Shown in pieces: positions 51,300 through 63,567 of a stretch of DNA of 64,000 nucleotides (position 1 is the first letter of the stretch; every line of letters begins with the position of its first letter). Both the position numbers and the translations under genes were made by a program. Source of the stretch: Octopus vulgaris (lineage: Eukaryota). The stretch spans positions 74,834,001 to 74,898,000 of the forward strand of contig OX597827.1 of NCBI GenBank assembly GCA_951406725.2, in the 5' to 3' direction. The notes beneath the pieces were generated by a model. That model was not told the DNA's origin and made no database searches. It saw nothing but the letters and a program-made list of their open reading frames with translations.

Positions 51300-53402
51300 G
51301 GTAACTCGAAGCTCAGTAAGTTGTAGAAGTGTTCATAATTTTTTCGGAATTCTAAGGCACCGTTCTTTTGTTATTTTTATCACCACCTTGTTTCTGACAT
51401 TGCCTGGACTGCGCTAATAGTATTTTTGCTTAGAAATGCATTCTGTTTTGCAGGGGATGCCCATCATTTTTTTTTTTCGCCAACTAATGGAGAAGACAAA
51501 TATTTTCTTATTTTCCATATATATTGAAACATGGCTGATAAAGAAGTCATTATAATGTTCGACGATGGGGTGCGTTCCATGTCAGAGAAAAAAGAGAATA
51601 CTGGCATACCATTGACTACAGTATGTGACCACCGTGCCAGCGAAAAAGAAAACAGAGTTGAATACATCTTCGTCTCTAAACAATGCTGAAACAGTGAAGT
51701 AGCAATTAAACAAAACATATGAAGACGATGGTGACGATGACAACAACAACAACGTCAACAGCAATACCGATAATAACGAAGTGAAAGTTAAAGAAGGAAA
51801 GATAAACAAAGAAAATTTTAAAGGAAACGTGAACATCACTACCGCCATAGACGCCACAACAGTCTCCGCTGCAGCCGCAAAAGCAGCAAGGGATCCTGGA
51901 ATTAGGATTTTTTAAAATTTTATTATTTTTTTTTTTGTAAATGCTACGAGAAATCTTGAAGATTTCCCCATCGACGAAGAAGAATTGAAATTGGCCCACA
52001 AAATCGTTCAAAGAAATGGAAGAAAAGTTGCCCAAAACTCTCCACTCGACGTGATCGGAAACATCTTAAGATACTTGGTTACATACTGCTGCATTGGAGT
52101 AAAATCGCTCCGAATGAAAAATGTTTCTGAAAGCCAAATCCAGAAATGCTTTGAATGTGCATGACAACAGAAGACCCACATCATCCGAGGAAAGAAATTT
52201 GGGACGATTGAAGCTATTGCAGCTAACACCTTGCTAAAGCTGTGGTGATGAACATGAAATATCACCAGAAATATCCATCGTCAGATGGTTAGTGGCCGCC
52301 GTCTTGGCAAGTATAGAGGAAGACAACGTGACTATCTTGGAGGTAAAGAAAATACCTCAACAAAACTGGTCATGTATAGGTATGAAACTAACATTACAAT
52401 GTATGCAAACCTATATCGACGAGCTACCTAACCTAATAGGCCTCCCGGATGGTACTCACCTGTCAACCAAGATGCCATATATGTGAACCATTTAAAGGCT
52501 TTCTGCACTTAAGCAAGGAAAACAAAACTCCCACTGCTACCAACACCACAACCACCACAAAAACACAAAATCATGAAGACGTGCTCAAGATTCCTTCGCC
52601 CACACCAATACAAAGAAGTCTACTCCCGGCTACCACGGAAATCAAGCTTCACCTGGACGTCCTGCCTCCCAAACCAACATCAACAGCAATGATATGGAGA
52701 GAGAAGAGCAGACCGAATAATGTATCATTAACACAAAAAAAAGAAGAGACGAAAGGGGAGGAAAGTACATACACCTGCTACAAGAACACAGCAAAAAGAA
52801 ACTCAAACACCACTACTGCAACCCAATTCGCAACCACTCCAACAAAAATAACAACGACAACTTTTACAAAAACAGGAGCATCTTCAACAATAACTTGAAA
52901 ACATAGAAACAGCCAATAATGAAACTGCAAAAACAAGAAAATACTTTCAATTTTAGCCGAAATGTATCTATCAATTTCACTTTGTGAAATGCAACAGTGA
53001 ATTGATGGATTTTGTAAATGAAAATAAAATCAAAATTACAACACAGGGAAAGGAATTTAAGGATTTCATCTTCAAACTCCGAAGGACAGATTATTAGTTA
53101 AAATGTCCTCAGACTTTTAAAAACACTCAGCGAAAAATTCCTAATTAGTGTGGGATTTTTAAAAATCAATTGACAAAAGGCTTTTGGGAGGGCCTTTTAA
53201 AAAACATTTGCCAACAGAGAGGCCTGCAACTTCCGGGATTCTCGAAAATCAAGGAGAGCGACCTCTTTTTCTTTCTCCAACTAGCACGACTATGATGAGA
53301 GTTGGAGCGTGAATGTGCGTGGCTTGGGATCAGCTTGGAAGCAAGGACACTTACTCAACGATCTCAGGTTTCTTGATTTAGATGTGGTTACCATTAGTGA
53401 AA
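51300..53402 (+). mobile_element. L1/Tx1-like 5' portion (ORF1 remnant and endonuclease start)
   Basis: NVRGLGSAWKQGHLLNDLRFLDLDVVTISET. Confidence 0.65.
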
Positions 53403-54002
53403 CAGTTGGGATGTACAGAGCGACTAATCTAAAAACACTACCTTCGCTATTGCTTACATCTAGGGCCATCAACTTACCATCCGGGCCCAGGAGGATCTGC
53501 CATACCTCGAAATGCAGGCCTTTGCTAAACAGCACTGCCGCTCCTTTTCCCATTCCAAGCCAAAAGATGCGTAAATCTTAAAATTGTCGAAAATAGGTGT
53601 TAGATCGCTGTGTCAGAAGTCCTGGTTTTGCTGACGGCCTTCACATCCGTCGTTAGTAACCTGAGATCGTTGAGCAGATAACCTTGCTTCCAGGGCAAGT
53701 CATGAACATTTGTACAACTCACTCTTAAGCCCACCATGATGATCGGAAAGAGCTTGGAGGAAAACTTAGGCCTACATACTCACCAAGTGCCGCTGAAGGT
53801 CAGGTGGTTCAACTTCCATATCTTAGGGTTTCTTTGGGAACCCTGTTAAAGGCCTACTCATGGCTTTTACATTAGGAGTTGCCAATCCGTAGATTTTACA
53901 TTAGGAGTTCCCTAATGCTTTTAAATGTTTCAACAGTCATACGCACTATCATTAATGTTTCTGTCACTAGAATGGTGGTGGCGCCGACGATCTTACCCTC
54001 TC

Positions 54003-54064
<62 letters not shown>

Positions 54065-55900
54065 GTAGGGAGAGTTTACGATAAAAACAAAAGACAAAGA
54101 CAGGTGGTGTACAAAACAAACAGATGTATTAGTATAACGCTCAGGAATAGAAAAAATCTTTTATGTTTCGAGCCTACGCTCTTCTACAGAAAGGGACACA
54201 GAAAAAACAAGGAGAAAAAAAACGTATATATATATATATATATATATAAATGTATATATATATATATATATTTCTTTCCTTCATGCTGTGAGAACCCTCC
54301 TCACTAGCACTAAGTTTTGTGTTTGTGATTGGTTGTTATTGCTTGGGGTGTTTTCTTTTTGTGAATTGTTGCAGTGCTGCTAGTATTGGTGGAGATGGTT
54401 GTAATAGCGGTGGATATGTTAGTAATCGTAGTACAAGAGAGGTTGGCGTTGCTGTAGGTGTGTTTGTGGATGTTGTGAGCATATTTTTGAGGATTTTGGC
54501 GTGCGTTGGCGAGGGGAATGATACTTTATGCTTTTTATATTTCTCTTTCAGGTGGGTTTTCTCCCTCGTTTTCACTTTGTGTTGCAGAGGTATCAGAATC
54601 TGTAGAATCAGGGTGCAAGTCTGTATGTATTTGACCTTAAAGGAGATGGAGTGGGGACAGGAGAGGCCGGGCTTCGTTGAAAGGGACACCCTGAGTGTCG
54701 GGTGTACGTTATAATTATTCTTTCTGCTGAGGGTGGTGGTGGTGGTGGTGCATCTGTTACTCGCGTTATTGGTATTGTTGATGTTGTTGTATTCCTTGGT
54801 TTCTTCCAGCATTTGCTGATTTTGTTGTTCTTGTTGATGATGCTGTTGTTTCCAGAGTTGTTGCAGCCTTTATTGTTGTTCGCTGATAGCTGACTTGTGG
54901 CCTATGGGGACCTGGTATTGACTTGTGGCTTGTGGGGACCTGGTATTGACAATAAGTAGGCCCTATTGTTCCCTATCTTCTGTTTAGAAGAGAAAGCTTT
55001 CAAGTGGCCAACCCCCCAACCTCCACGTAGGTGGTGCCATGGCCTTCTAACATCAACTGTAAGATGCAGCACTTCTTCTCCAAGAATACCAAAGAGATCT
55101 GGGATCTTGTGGATTGTGTCTGGTTTAATGTAGAGTAGTACCTTCACACTAATCACAGACCAATTTCCACGACGGGTTCGTTTCACTTCCAGGCGGCTGT
55201 TATTCCCTCCCAATACGACGCACGCTAAAATCCACCATAAATTTAACTCAGGTGGAATTCTTGAGATCTTCACTCTCACAGTCCTCCTTCCTAATACGAT
55301 GGATAGAGAAGATGTCTTTCGCTTGGCTCTCGAGATGTGCTGAATGTCAGATATTATTTCTTTCTCCAATGTACGGACACTGAATTATTGCATGCAAGAC
55401 GGTTTCGTCCCCCTGCATGCACCTCAAGCAGGCTCAGCTTTTGGATCTTCCATGCCTGAAGAGTTATTCTCTAACAGGCAATGTCTCACTGTAGTACTGC
55501 TATACCAAAGACTTTTAGAAATTGTCCATGAACTTCGACCCGAAGATCTTCTGTCAAGGCCTAGATTCAATCCTAAACCATCATCGCTCACACCCTCAAC
55601 TAGCTCCGCACCCCAGAGATCTTGAGGTGTTTTCCCGTTAATGGTTTTGTGCAGCTAATGCAATTCAATGAGTTCCTGGCTATATTCTAGATGCCAAATA
55701 CTCAAATTTGGTCTTCGTTTGATCCACGACTAGAGTTCTGTCAACAAGAAATGCTGCAGAAAAGCTCCTTCTTATTTTCCCTGCCGTCGTTCACATCATC
55801 GCTGTGATTTACATATCTCTGTAGGTGATACAGCTTTAAGACTTGGCACTTCATCCTCAAAGATGTCATCCCAAGACTACCACAGTGTGAATGCCGGCAT
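53403..55900 (-). mobile_element. L1/Tx1-like 5' portion in opposite orientation
   Basis: GKGAAVLFSKGL..GPDGKLMALDV..FRLVALYIP endonuclease; ORF1-like RRTVRVKISRIPP; interrupted by microsatellites. Confidence 0.65.
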
Positions 55901-56029
55901 CAATTGGTTTTTCTGACCATAAGAATCAAAAAAATAAGCAATTCAATCTGATCTAGGTTGTCTTAGGACAAGGTACGACAGTTAGGCGATAGTACACCAC
56001 CGAGGCAATATATGCATTTGCTATAATGA

Positions 56030-56248
56030 TAATGATGATTTCAAATTTAGGCACAAGGCCAGCAAGATCGAGGAAGGAAGTAAATAGATTACATCGACCC
56101 CAGTGTTCAACTGATACTTAATTTATTGACCACGAAATGATGAAATGGCAAATCGACTTCGACGGAATTTGAACTCAGAACATAAGGTCGAACGAAAATA
56201 CTGCTTACTATTTTACTTGGCATACTAATGATTCTACCAGCTCGCCAC

Positions 56249-56287
<39 letters not shown>

Positions 56288-56460
56288 GATGATGACAATG
56301 ACGACGACGACGACGATGATGATGATTTTGCAACAAGGGCAGCAAGTTCGGGGTAGGTGATGAGTTGATTTCATCGACCTCAGTACTCAACGACTACTTA
56401 CAACGACCCTGAAAGGATAAAAGGCAAAGTCGACTTGGGAGTAATTTGAACGTGAAAAAG
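56030..56460 (-). mobile_element. Two SINE copies related to the SINE at 62277
   Basis: Reverse complements of tgagttcaaattccgtcga..gtcgatttgcctt and ctggggtcgat. Confidence 0.6.
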
Positions 56461-56638
56461 AAGAAGAACAAGAACAACAACAACAACATGATCATCTTTA
56501 TCATCATTAAGATATTTATGTACTGAGTGCATTAGATACGGAGAGGTAACTTTACCTGTGTGGGTGTTACTTCCACAAATTCTTGGATGTTAAACATGTC
56601 TGTTGTTCACATTTTCTTCCCTCAGTTTTCATTAATAA

Positions 56639-57002
56639 TCTCTATCTATATATACGGCAAAATGTCTGCGTGCGTGTCCTCTATACAAATCCACAATTTT
56701 TCAGTTAGAGGGCTCGCACTTTCTATGGTCATTCAAAACCGTCCAAGGGTGGTCGAGCACATCTTTACATTTCCCCTGTTACCCCGTAAAGACATTAAAA
56801 AATCAATAGAAGTGACTTTTTTGTGAATTTTCTTTCCAAAACTCAATCAAAATGCCCAAAACTTGATACGCCAATTGAATGCCAGCTAGCTGTATGTGAT
56901 TGGTCGGAGATTTGGACAGTACTCGCGTGTATGTGTGCACACACGCAGCTGTATATGCATGCACTAGCACTAAGACCCGGCGTTGCCGGGTCATACTGCT
57001 AG
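56639..57002 (+). mobile_element. Non-autonomous Helitron
   Basis: A|TC start, 3' hairpin GACCCGGCGTTGCCGGGTC, and ATACTGCTAG|T end. Confidence 0.82.
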
Positions 57003-57312
57003 TTCAACATAACTCAATACTTAGCAAAATAAGTAATTATATACTTATGCTCTTGTAGAGAGTACGACAACTTGAATTAATCAATACATGTATATACAAT
57101 ACATGTATATATACTATACCTATATACATGTATATAGGTGAGATAGACATTGTTAAAGTAAGATTATAACAATCAAAATTTTAAGTAAGACATCTCAATA
57201 TCAAATAGTAAAAATTTTTGAATGAGTTTATGCACTTAATTAAAGTTAAGAACAGATCATGTGTGTGAGTTGTGGGGAATTAGTTTGATTATTAGTATAG
57301 ATGTATACTTAC

Positions 57313-57447
57313 GTTCCTGACAGTCGAAACCCCCATATCCATGTAAACAGCCTCTGGGACATGCACCATGAATCGGGTTGCAGGCGTCATAATCAGAACA
57401 TCTACATGTTTTGGTGCAATGTAGTCCATATGTGCCTTCGTGGCAGA
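57313..57447 (-). CDS. EGF/laminin-EGF-like exon (135 nt): (F)CHEGTYGLHCTKTCRCSDYDACNPIHGACPRGCLHGYGGFDCQE
   Basis: gtttgtttcacag|TC TGC...GAA C|gtaagt. Symmetrical phase-1 exon with the same 8-Cys pattern. Confidence 0.93.
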
Positions 57448-57912
57448 CTGTGAAACAAACGTATTATATCTTATATTGCGTAAAACGGTAAAGAACTCGT
57501 TTCATAAATGAAAAGATGGCAAAAAATCAATGAATGACTGATGACCAAGACAACCATAATAGGAAATCATTTAACCAACTACGGCACCTCAATATTTTCG
57601 ATTGATCTGCTAGTAACAGCGACCAAATCTTCCTCAAACAATACCCTGTTAGACTACAAACTAGAAACATTAAACAATGGAGACCTAAATATCTCTTAAG
57701 ATGGCCACGGGTGGAATATCTATAACTGTAGATCTTTCTAATCAGTCAGGATTCATCAGAATATAAACAACAGCAGTAGTAGTGGTTGAATAACATGGGA
57801 CTGCCTTCTCGATCTGAGTTTACCCAAATGTAAAAAACATCATCAACAACAACAAAAGCAATGATATACAAACAAATAAGAAAGCCAAATCTCTCAGCAA
57901 TCGCTCAACTTG

Positions 57913-59549
57913 CTAGTACATCGTATCAACGAGGGAACTGACTTGGGCTTCATCTTTACCATAAAGTTTGAGGTCATCCATGAATAACAAGTGATTGACT
58001 ATTTGTTGGTGGCTTTTGAATACATACCCAGCTTTTGCTTTCCTGAGAATTAGTGTTAGTGGTATCAAGCACAGTACAAAGATCAATGGAGACAGGCAGT
58101 CCTCTTGGAAGATGCCTTTCTGATTTCTACTTTCCCTAAACTTCTTTCGTATGCTACCAGGTCCGTCCTCCAATTCACCATACTTTTTCCAAGCAAATCG
58201 CTCAACATTCGATGCAATACCAAATAGGTTCATACATTCCATAATCCAAGAATGTAGGATCATATCGTACACCTTACGATAGTCGATCCATGACATGGCT
58301 AAGTTACTTTTCCTCCTCTTACAATCTCTAAGAACAGTTTTGTCTATCAGGAGTTGATCCTTGGTACCTCTGCACTTACGCTTGCAACCCTTCTGCTCAT
58401 GTGGCAGGACTCCAAATATTTTTCCAGATGTTCGTACATTGACTCTGCGAGTATTCCAGTTAATAATTTCCATGTAAGTGGCAAACAGGATATCGGCCAG
58501 TAATTGTGTACCATATTGCCTTTATCAATGTTTTTCAAGCACAGCACTGTCCTACCCAATGTCAACCACTCTGGTGTTACTTGTTCGGCATTTAACAAGG
58601 TGTTGATTTGTGCAGCTATTCGTGCATGACATTCACCAGATCTTTTGATCCAGTAGCCTTGAACTCCATCTGATCCCGGGGCCTTCCAGTTGCTCTTTTT
58701 TTTGTTTTTTTTTTTGCTTATTTCCTTCACTTTCCGAACTGAAATGACTAGTTCTGTCTGTTTTGGACAGACTACTGATTGTTTCAGTTCTTGCAACCAT
58801 AACCATTCAGCATCCTTTTCGTGCTCCTTATCTTTGCTCCAGATGTCACTCCAACATCTTTGATTTTCATTGTTATCTGGTATCAACTTTTCATCTGTAC
58901 ATTCTCCATTTATTCCTTTATAGAATCTCTTCTGATCTACTCTAAATAACCCATGCTGGTGGTAACCCTTCATTCTTTGGTCGTATCTTACCATCTTTAC
59001 TTTCTTTGCAACGAAGTGCTGTTTCAGTTCTTCTATTACCACTTTCAGGCCCTTTCTTTCAGTATCATACTTCCTGTTCGGTGTCATGTATTTTTGTTTG
59101 TTTTTAAGTAACCTCTTCTCTTTTCGGTTTCACCAGTAATGTCTTTCGGGAACATATTTAACCCCACCTGTATTCTTCTTTTCTACCATGGATCATAGAT
59201 AAGTTGTCGGGGTCCCCTAATATATGAACACCATTTTCGTCTACAGGGTTGCTCAGGTAGTAACATTCCATGACCACAGCATTGATTTATTAGTTCCATC
59301 TACTCTGTGTGGCCGGGTCCCTTGCTGGATAACGACAGGCTGGAGTTGGACCATTAGCTCTGAGCCTGCCAGGTGCAACGCTGTCACAATCATGGACTTC
59401 AGTTTCATTACTACCGTTATTCACAATATTTTTCATCGTCACTCATATGAGATAGCGATTATCAGATTGCACAATTACAAGTGTTTTTATTGTGACCCCA
59501 TCACTAGATGTATCATCAATCAGAACATGGGAAGTTTCCAATCGCTTCC

Positions 59550-59550
<1 letters not shown>
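57913..59550 (-). mobile_element. R4/Dong-like LINE 5'/RT portion
   Basis: [42 protein letters not shown] and [11 protein letters not shown]. Confidence 0.88.
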
Positions 59551-59580
<30 letters not shown>

Positions 59581-59739
59581 ATTATTATTACTATTATTAT
59601 TATTATGTTTTTTTCCTTCTTTCTTCAAATTTTCTTCCGTTCCTCGCCGAGTGTATTCCATACACCTAGGGCAGAGAAGGGCACTGTATGCATTCCCAGA
59701 TTACACTCGCAAATTCACAGATAAAATATGTATTTAAAA

Positions 59740-60908
59740 ATTAATAAATAAATAAATTCATGGATGGATGTTATTTTCACAACGATAGTGCTCTTCTCAG
59801 TAGATGAGCCGTTCCTGTTAATACGATTTTTTGCACTTCCTGTAGGGATGGTAAGCCTGGAATCATTTTCAAATAGGTTTCAGTACCTTTTTTTATCATT
59901 CCTAGAGATCCTATAATCACTGAGTCGTCTTGAGATGCCACATTTTTTCAATTTCCTTTAGCAGGTCTTTATATTTACTAATCTTGTCAAATTCTTTCGC
60001 CGCTATATTGTGATCACAGGGAATACTCATGTCAATTACTAAACACATCCATTTTGTCTGATCTTTTATAATGATATCCGGTTTATTAGCTTTTATAGTC
60101 CTGTCGGTCAACACGGGGAAGTCCGATAGAATCGACACATTTTCTCCCTCAGTCACAGCTTCAGGATGATGTTTATACCATTTGTCAGCGGTTTTGATTT
60201 TGTAATGCTGACATATTGTCCAGTGTAAATACTGGCCTACTCTGTCATGTCTTGCTTTATATTCTGCAGGTGCTAAGACTCTACACCCTGAGATTAGGTG
60301 GTCTATTGTTTCAATCACATCATTACAGAATCGGCATTTTGTGTCAGCTCCATTTTTCATCACATTGGCTTGGTAGTTCCGGGTAAAAAAGCTTTGGTCT
60401 TCAGCAGCTAATATGAAACCTTCACTCTCTGCTTTTAGCCCTGAACTTCGTAACCATTGGTGCGTGTGTTTCTGGTGGACATCAGCTTGTTTGCTACGAG
60501 CCACATACTTGCCATGGAAAGGTTTCTGTTCCGATCTGCTAGCTAAATTTTCATGTGCTTTTGTCTTTGCAATTAATTTTATTTAATTACAGCTGTAGTT
60601 GGTGCATTTCCTTCAGCCTGCTCAATCTGGTGGGTATCTAAGAGATCAGCAGCGAATTTTTTGCTCTCTTTGAGAATAGAGTGAAGTTTTTTAGGCCTTT
60701 CATGTTTTTCAACAAGTTTTAGCATCCAATCGTTGGTTGCTTCAAGGTATTTGGCCAGTCCGATTGTGGTCGTTTTGTATGTAAGTTCAAGCTGGATCAA
60801 ACATCGACCTCCCTGAGCTCTGGGAAGGTAAAGGCGATCCACGTCTGCCTTTGGATGGTGCATCTTATTACAAGTCAGTAGCTTGCGGATTTTCCTGTCA
60901 ATTTTCAT

Positions 60909-60940
<32 letters not shown>
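59740..60940 (-). mobile_element. 5'-truncated R4/Dong-like LINE 3' portion
   Basis: MHHPKADVDRLY, CRFCNDVIETIDHLISGC, NKPDIII..IDMSIP; starts in a (TGA)n tract. Confidence 0.9.
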
Positions 60941-61023
60941 CTAATATTATTATTATCCTTTTTTTACTATTGTTAATATTTTCTCTGGTCCTACATGAGT
61001 TTTGACTTTATTATTATTATTAT

Positions 61024-61055
<32 letters not shown>

Positions 61056-61058
61056 TTA

Positions 61059-61089
<31 letters not shown>

Positions 61090-61126
61090 TATTATTATTA
61101 TCATTATTATTATTATTATTATTATT

Positions 61127-61380
61127 GAGTGAGAGAGCAGTGCATGCCATCAAAGTGACACTGGGGTAAAATATACGAAGCCCAGTATACCCGTCTGATA
61201 AGGGTACACCAGGCTCATGCATCACAACTATATGTGCACAACATGGCGATCTCATATCAAGATAAACAGCGCATGACCTTGCAGGTGGGGCACAGTTAGA
61301 ATTTTCTACTGGTCGAGTAACCCATCCAGCTCAAAAGGTCTCTGAATAAAGGTTGTTTAAGGATGTTGAACAAAACACCC
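61127..61380 (-). repeat. ~530-bp element, copy E (3' half only)
   Basis: Matches copies A-D; fused at 61380 to a LINE 5' fragment. Confidence 0.8.
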
Positions 61381-62165
61381 TTTCTACTTTTGTTAGCCAC
61401 TCCGCACTTTCTTTATATCTCGCCGGCTTCTTCTACAGTCTTCCTCCAAATTCTTTACTTTCTTCCGCATCTCAAATCAGTTCTTAGTGTTGGCGTCCCT
61501 CTGATTCCTCATATAGATGCCTTCTATTTTATTGGAACAGTCTATGCTGTTCGAAACCTTTGCATTTATCATCATTTTTTTTTAAATTTGGCTTTTTTTT
61601 TTGGTGTCAATTCTTCCATCCGTTTCATATTCTTCATGTTTTACCCTTTCATTACCGCTCTCTGCTACCGTTGTTTCACTCTCCTTCTGCTAATTTATTA
61701 TTATGTTTCTCTGAATTTCTTCAATCTCTACTGCCATAACCCAGTCGTCCCCACATATTACTCTTGTTTAGTCTATCAGTCACAGGGCGGATGCTTCAAA
61801 GCCTCCTTTCTTCATCCCATATTCTCTTCATTTGATTCATGAAGCCTCTTTTATTTGGCTCACTTCTCAGCCAGTATTCGATTACTATTTAGTTTACTTC
61901 TTTTCCCCCATTTCATTCTTTTTATTTTGCACTTTTGACTGCGACTTTGGTCCTGACCAATAGCTTGATGACGATCTGCCGGAACTTGACCAGAAACTCC
62001 CTGCCTGCCGAGCGCGACACCTTTACCGTTTACAGTTCCAATCCTGTTAGCGCAGTTGTGGTTATTATTTAATTATGACATCACTCATTTAGAGGTACCA
62101 TTTGTAAGATTGTGCAATCACCAGTATTTTTATTGTGACACCATCACTAGGTGAGTTGCTAGTCA
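61381..62165 (-). mobile_element. 5' fragment of an R4/Dong-like LINE
   Basis: Shares a leader with 59440-59510 (tattgtgac.ccatcactag). Confidence 0.45.
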
Positions 62166-62276
62166 AGGCTCTGATAGTCCACATCTACCTTATGTACAGT
62201 TTTTAGTGTCATTCTCGTTCATTCCAATGTTTTATATTTTTATATTTGACATTTTCACTCCTGGGAATTTTTGTTA

Positions 62277-62492
62277 AGGCAGCTAGCTGGTAGAGTCGTT
62301 AGCACGTTGGACGAAATGCTTAATAGTATTTCACCCATCGTTACATTCTGAGTTCAAATTCCGTCGAGATCGACTTTGCCTTTCCTCCTTTCGGGGTCGA
62401 TAAATTAAGAACCAGCGGAACACTGGGGTCGATGTATTTGACTAGTCCCCTCCCCCAAAACTTCAGGCCTTGTGCCTTTACTAGAAAAGATT
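62277..62492 (+). mobile_element. tRNA-derived SINE
   Basis: A box gctggtagagtcgttagc, B box gagttcaaattcc, body gactttgcctttc..ggggtcgat, and a (ttg)n tail. Confidence 0.7.
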
Positions 62493-62689
62493 ATTGTTGT
62501 TGTTGTTGTTGTTATCTCAACTGAATCACAAGTGTCGAATCGTCGGCGACTAAACCAGCAACTCCACAGAACCTGCTCTGTGGAGAGTGTATTTTTCTTT
62601 CTATTTGCTAACCCTTCAGGATGAAATACAAGGCCTGTTGAAGAGTAGATGAACTCAGGGTAGTCAGCTGTCACCTACACAGCAACTTT

Positions 62690-63150
62690 TCATTAGTTGT
62701 GCATCCGATTAGATCATTCCCGCTCAGAAATAATAAACCAGATATAACAATAATAGAAAAGGAAAGGCGAAGTTGCTTACTAATTGATCCATCGTGTCCG
62801 TTCGATTCCAGGATTGTTAAGAAAGAAGAAAAACATTTTAAAATCCAATCCTTTAAAATTTGAAATTGCAAGAATTTGGAGCATGAAATATGTAAAAGTT
62901 GTGCCTGCAATAATTGGTGCATTAGGATCTGGGAGTAAGGATATAGATGAATGGTTGGAAGAGATTGGAATAGAATGTCCTGAAGAGCTTCCACAGAGAG
63001 TTTGCCTCTTAGGGACAGGAAAGATTATCAGAAGGGTTTTCAGCACTTGAAAGATTAACGAAAGCTTGAGGATATATAAAGTTACTGGTTGTAACCCATT
63101 ACCCACATAAATTCTAGCAAGAATAAGAACGAACCTGAGTCAAATAATAT
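62690..63150 (+). mobile_element. 3' end of an RLE LINE
   Basis: NKPDI motif, then LKFEIARIW..VKVVPAIIGALG..CLLGTGKIIRRV. Confidence 0.7.
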
Positions 63151-63435
63151 CTTTTATTGTTAAAGAAACAACAAAAGAGTCGATTTCGCAAGGACAAATT
63201 AGAAAGCGAAACAAAAAAATATACTTCAAAAGAAAATCCTAAAGAGAGTAGGTTGACAGGGTAATTTTCAGTCAAATGAGGAAAAGAATTACACTAGGCC
63301 AATCACAGAAGGCCAGATAAATTCTGGCAGGTGAAGTCCTAACATAAAATTCGTCCATAAGTGATTTGAACTAAATATATTCACTTTGAAATTACTTCAT
63401 AATTCCAATGGTATAATCAGTTGTTTCATACTCAC

Positions 63436-63567
63436 ATTCTTGACAGCTTTTACCCCGATATCCAGCAACACATCCATGAGCACAATGACCATAAACTGGG
63501 TTGCAAGTGTCGTTAATACAATGACAGTTGTGATGACATTCATCTCCATATGTGCCTTTAGGGCATA
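63436..63567 (-). CDS. EGF/laminin-EGF-like exon (132 nt): CPKGTYGDECHHNCHCINDTCNPVYGHCAHGCVAGYRGKSCQE
   Basis: gggtttttttcag|TA TGC...GAA T|gtgagt. Symmetrical phase-1 exon with the 8-Cys pattern; overlaps ORF 63392..63592. Confidence 0.93.

Noticed and set aside
54150-54200. Minus-strand GAAGAGCGTAGGCTCGAAAC hammerhead-like string (related string at about 10785)
   Set aside because: The core is not canonical and stems I and III cannot be formed convincingly.
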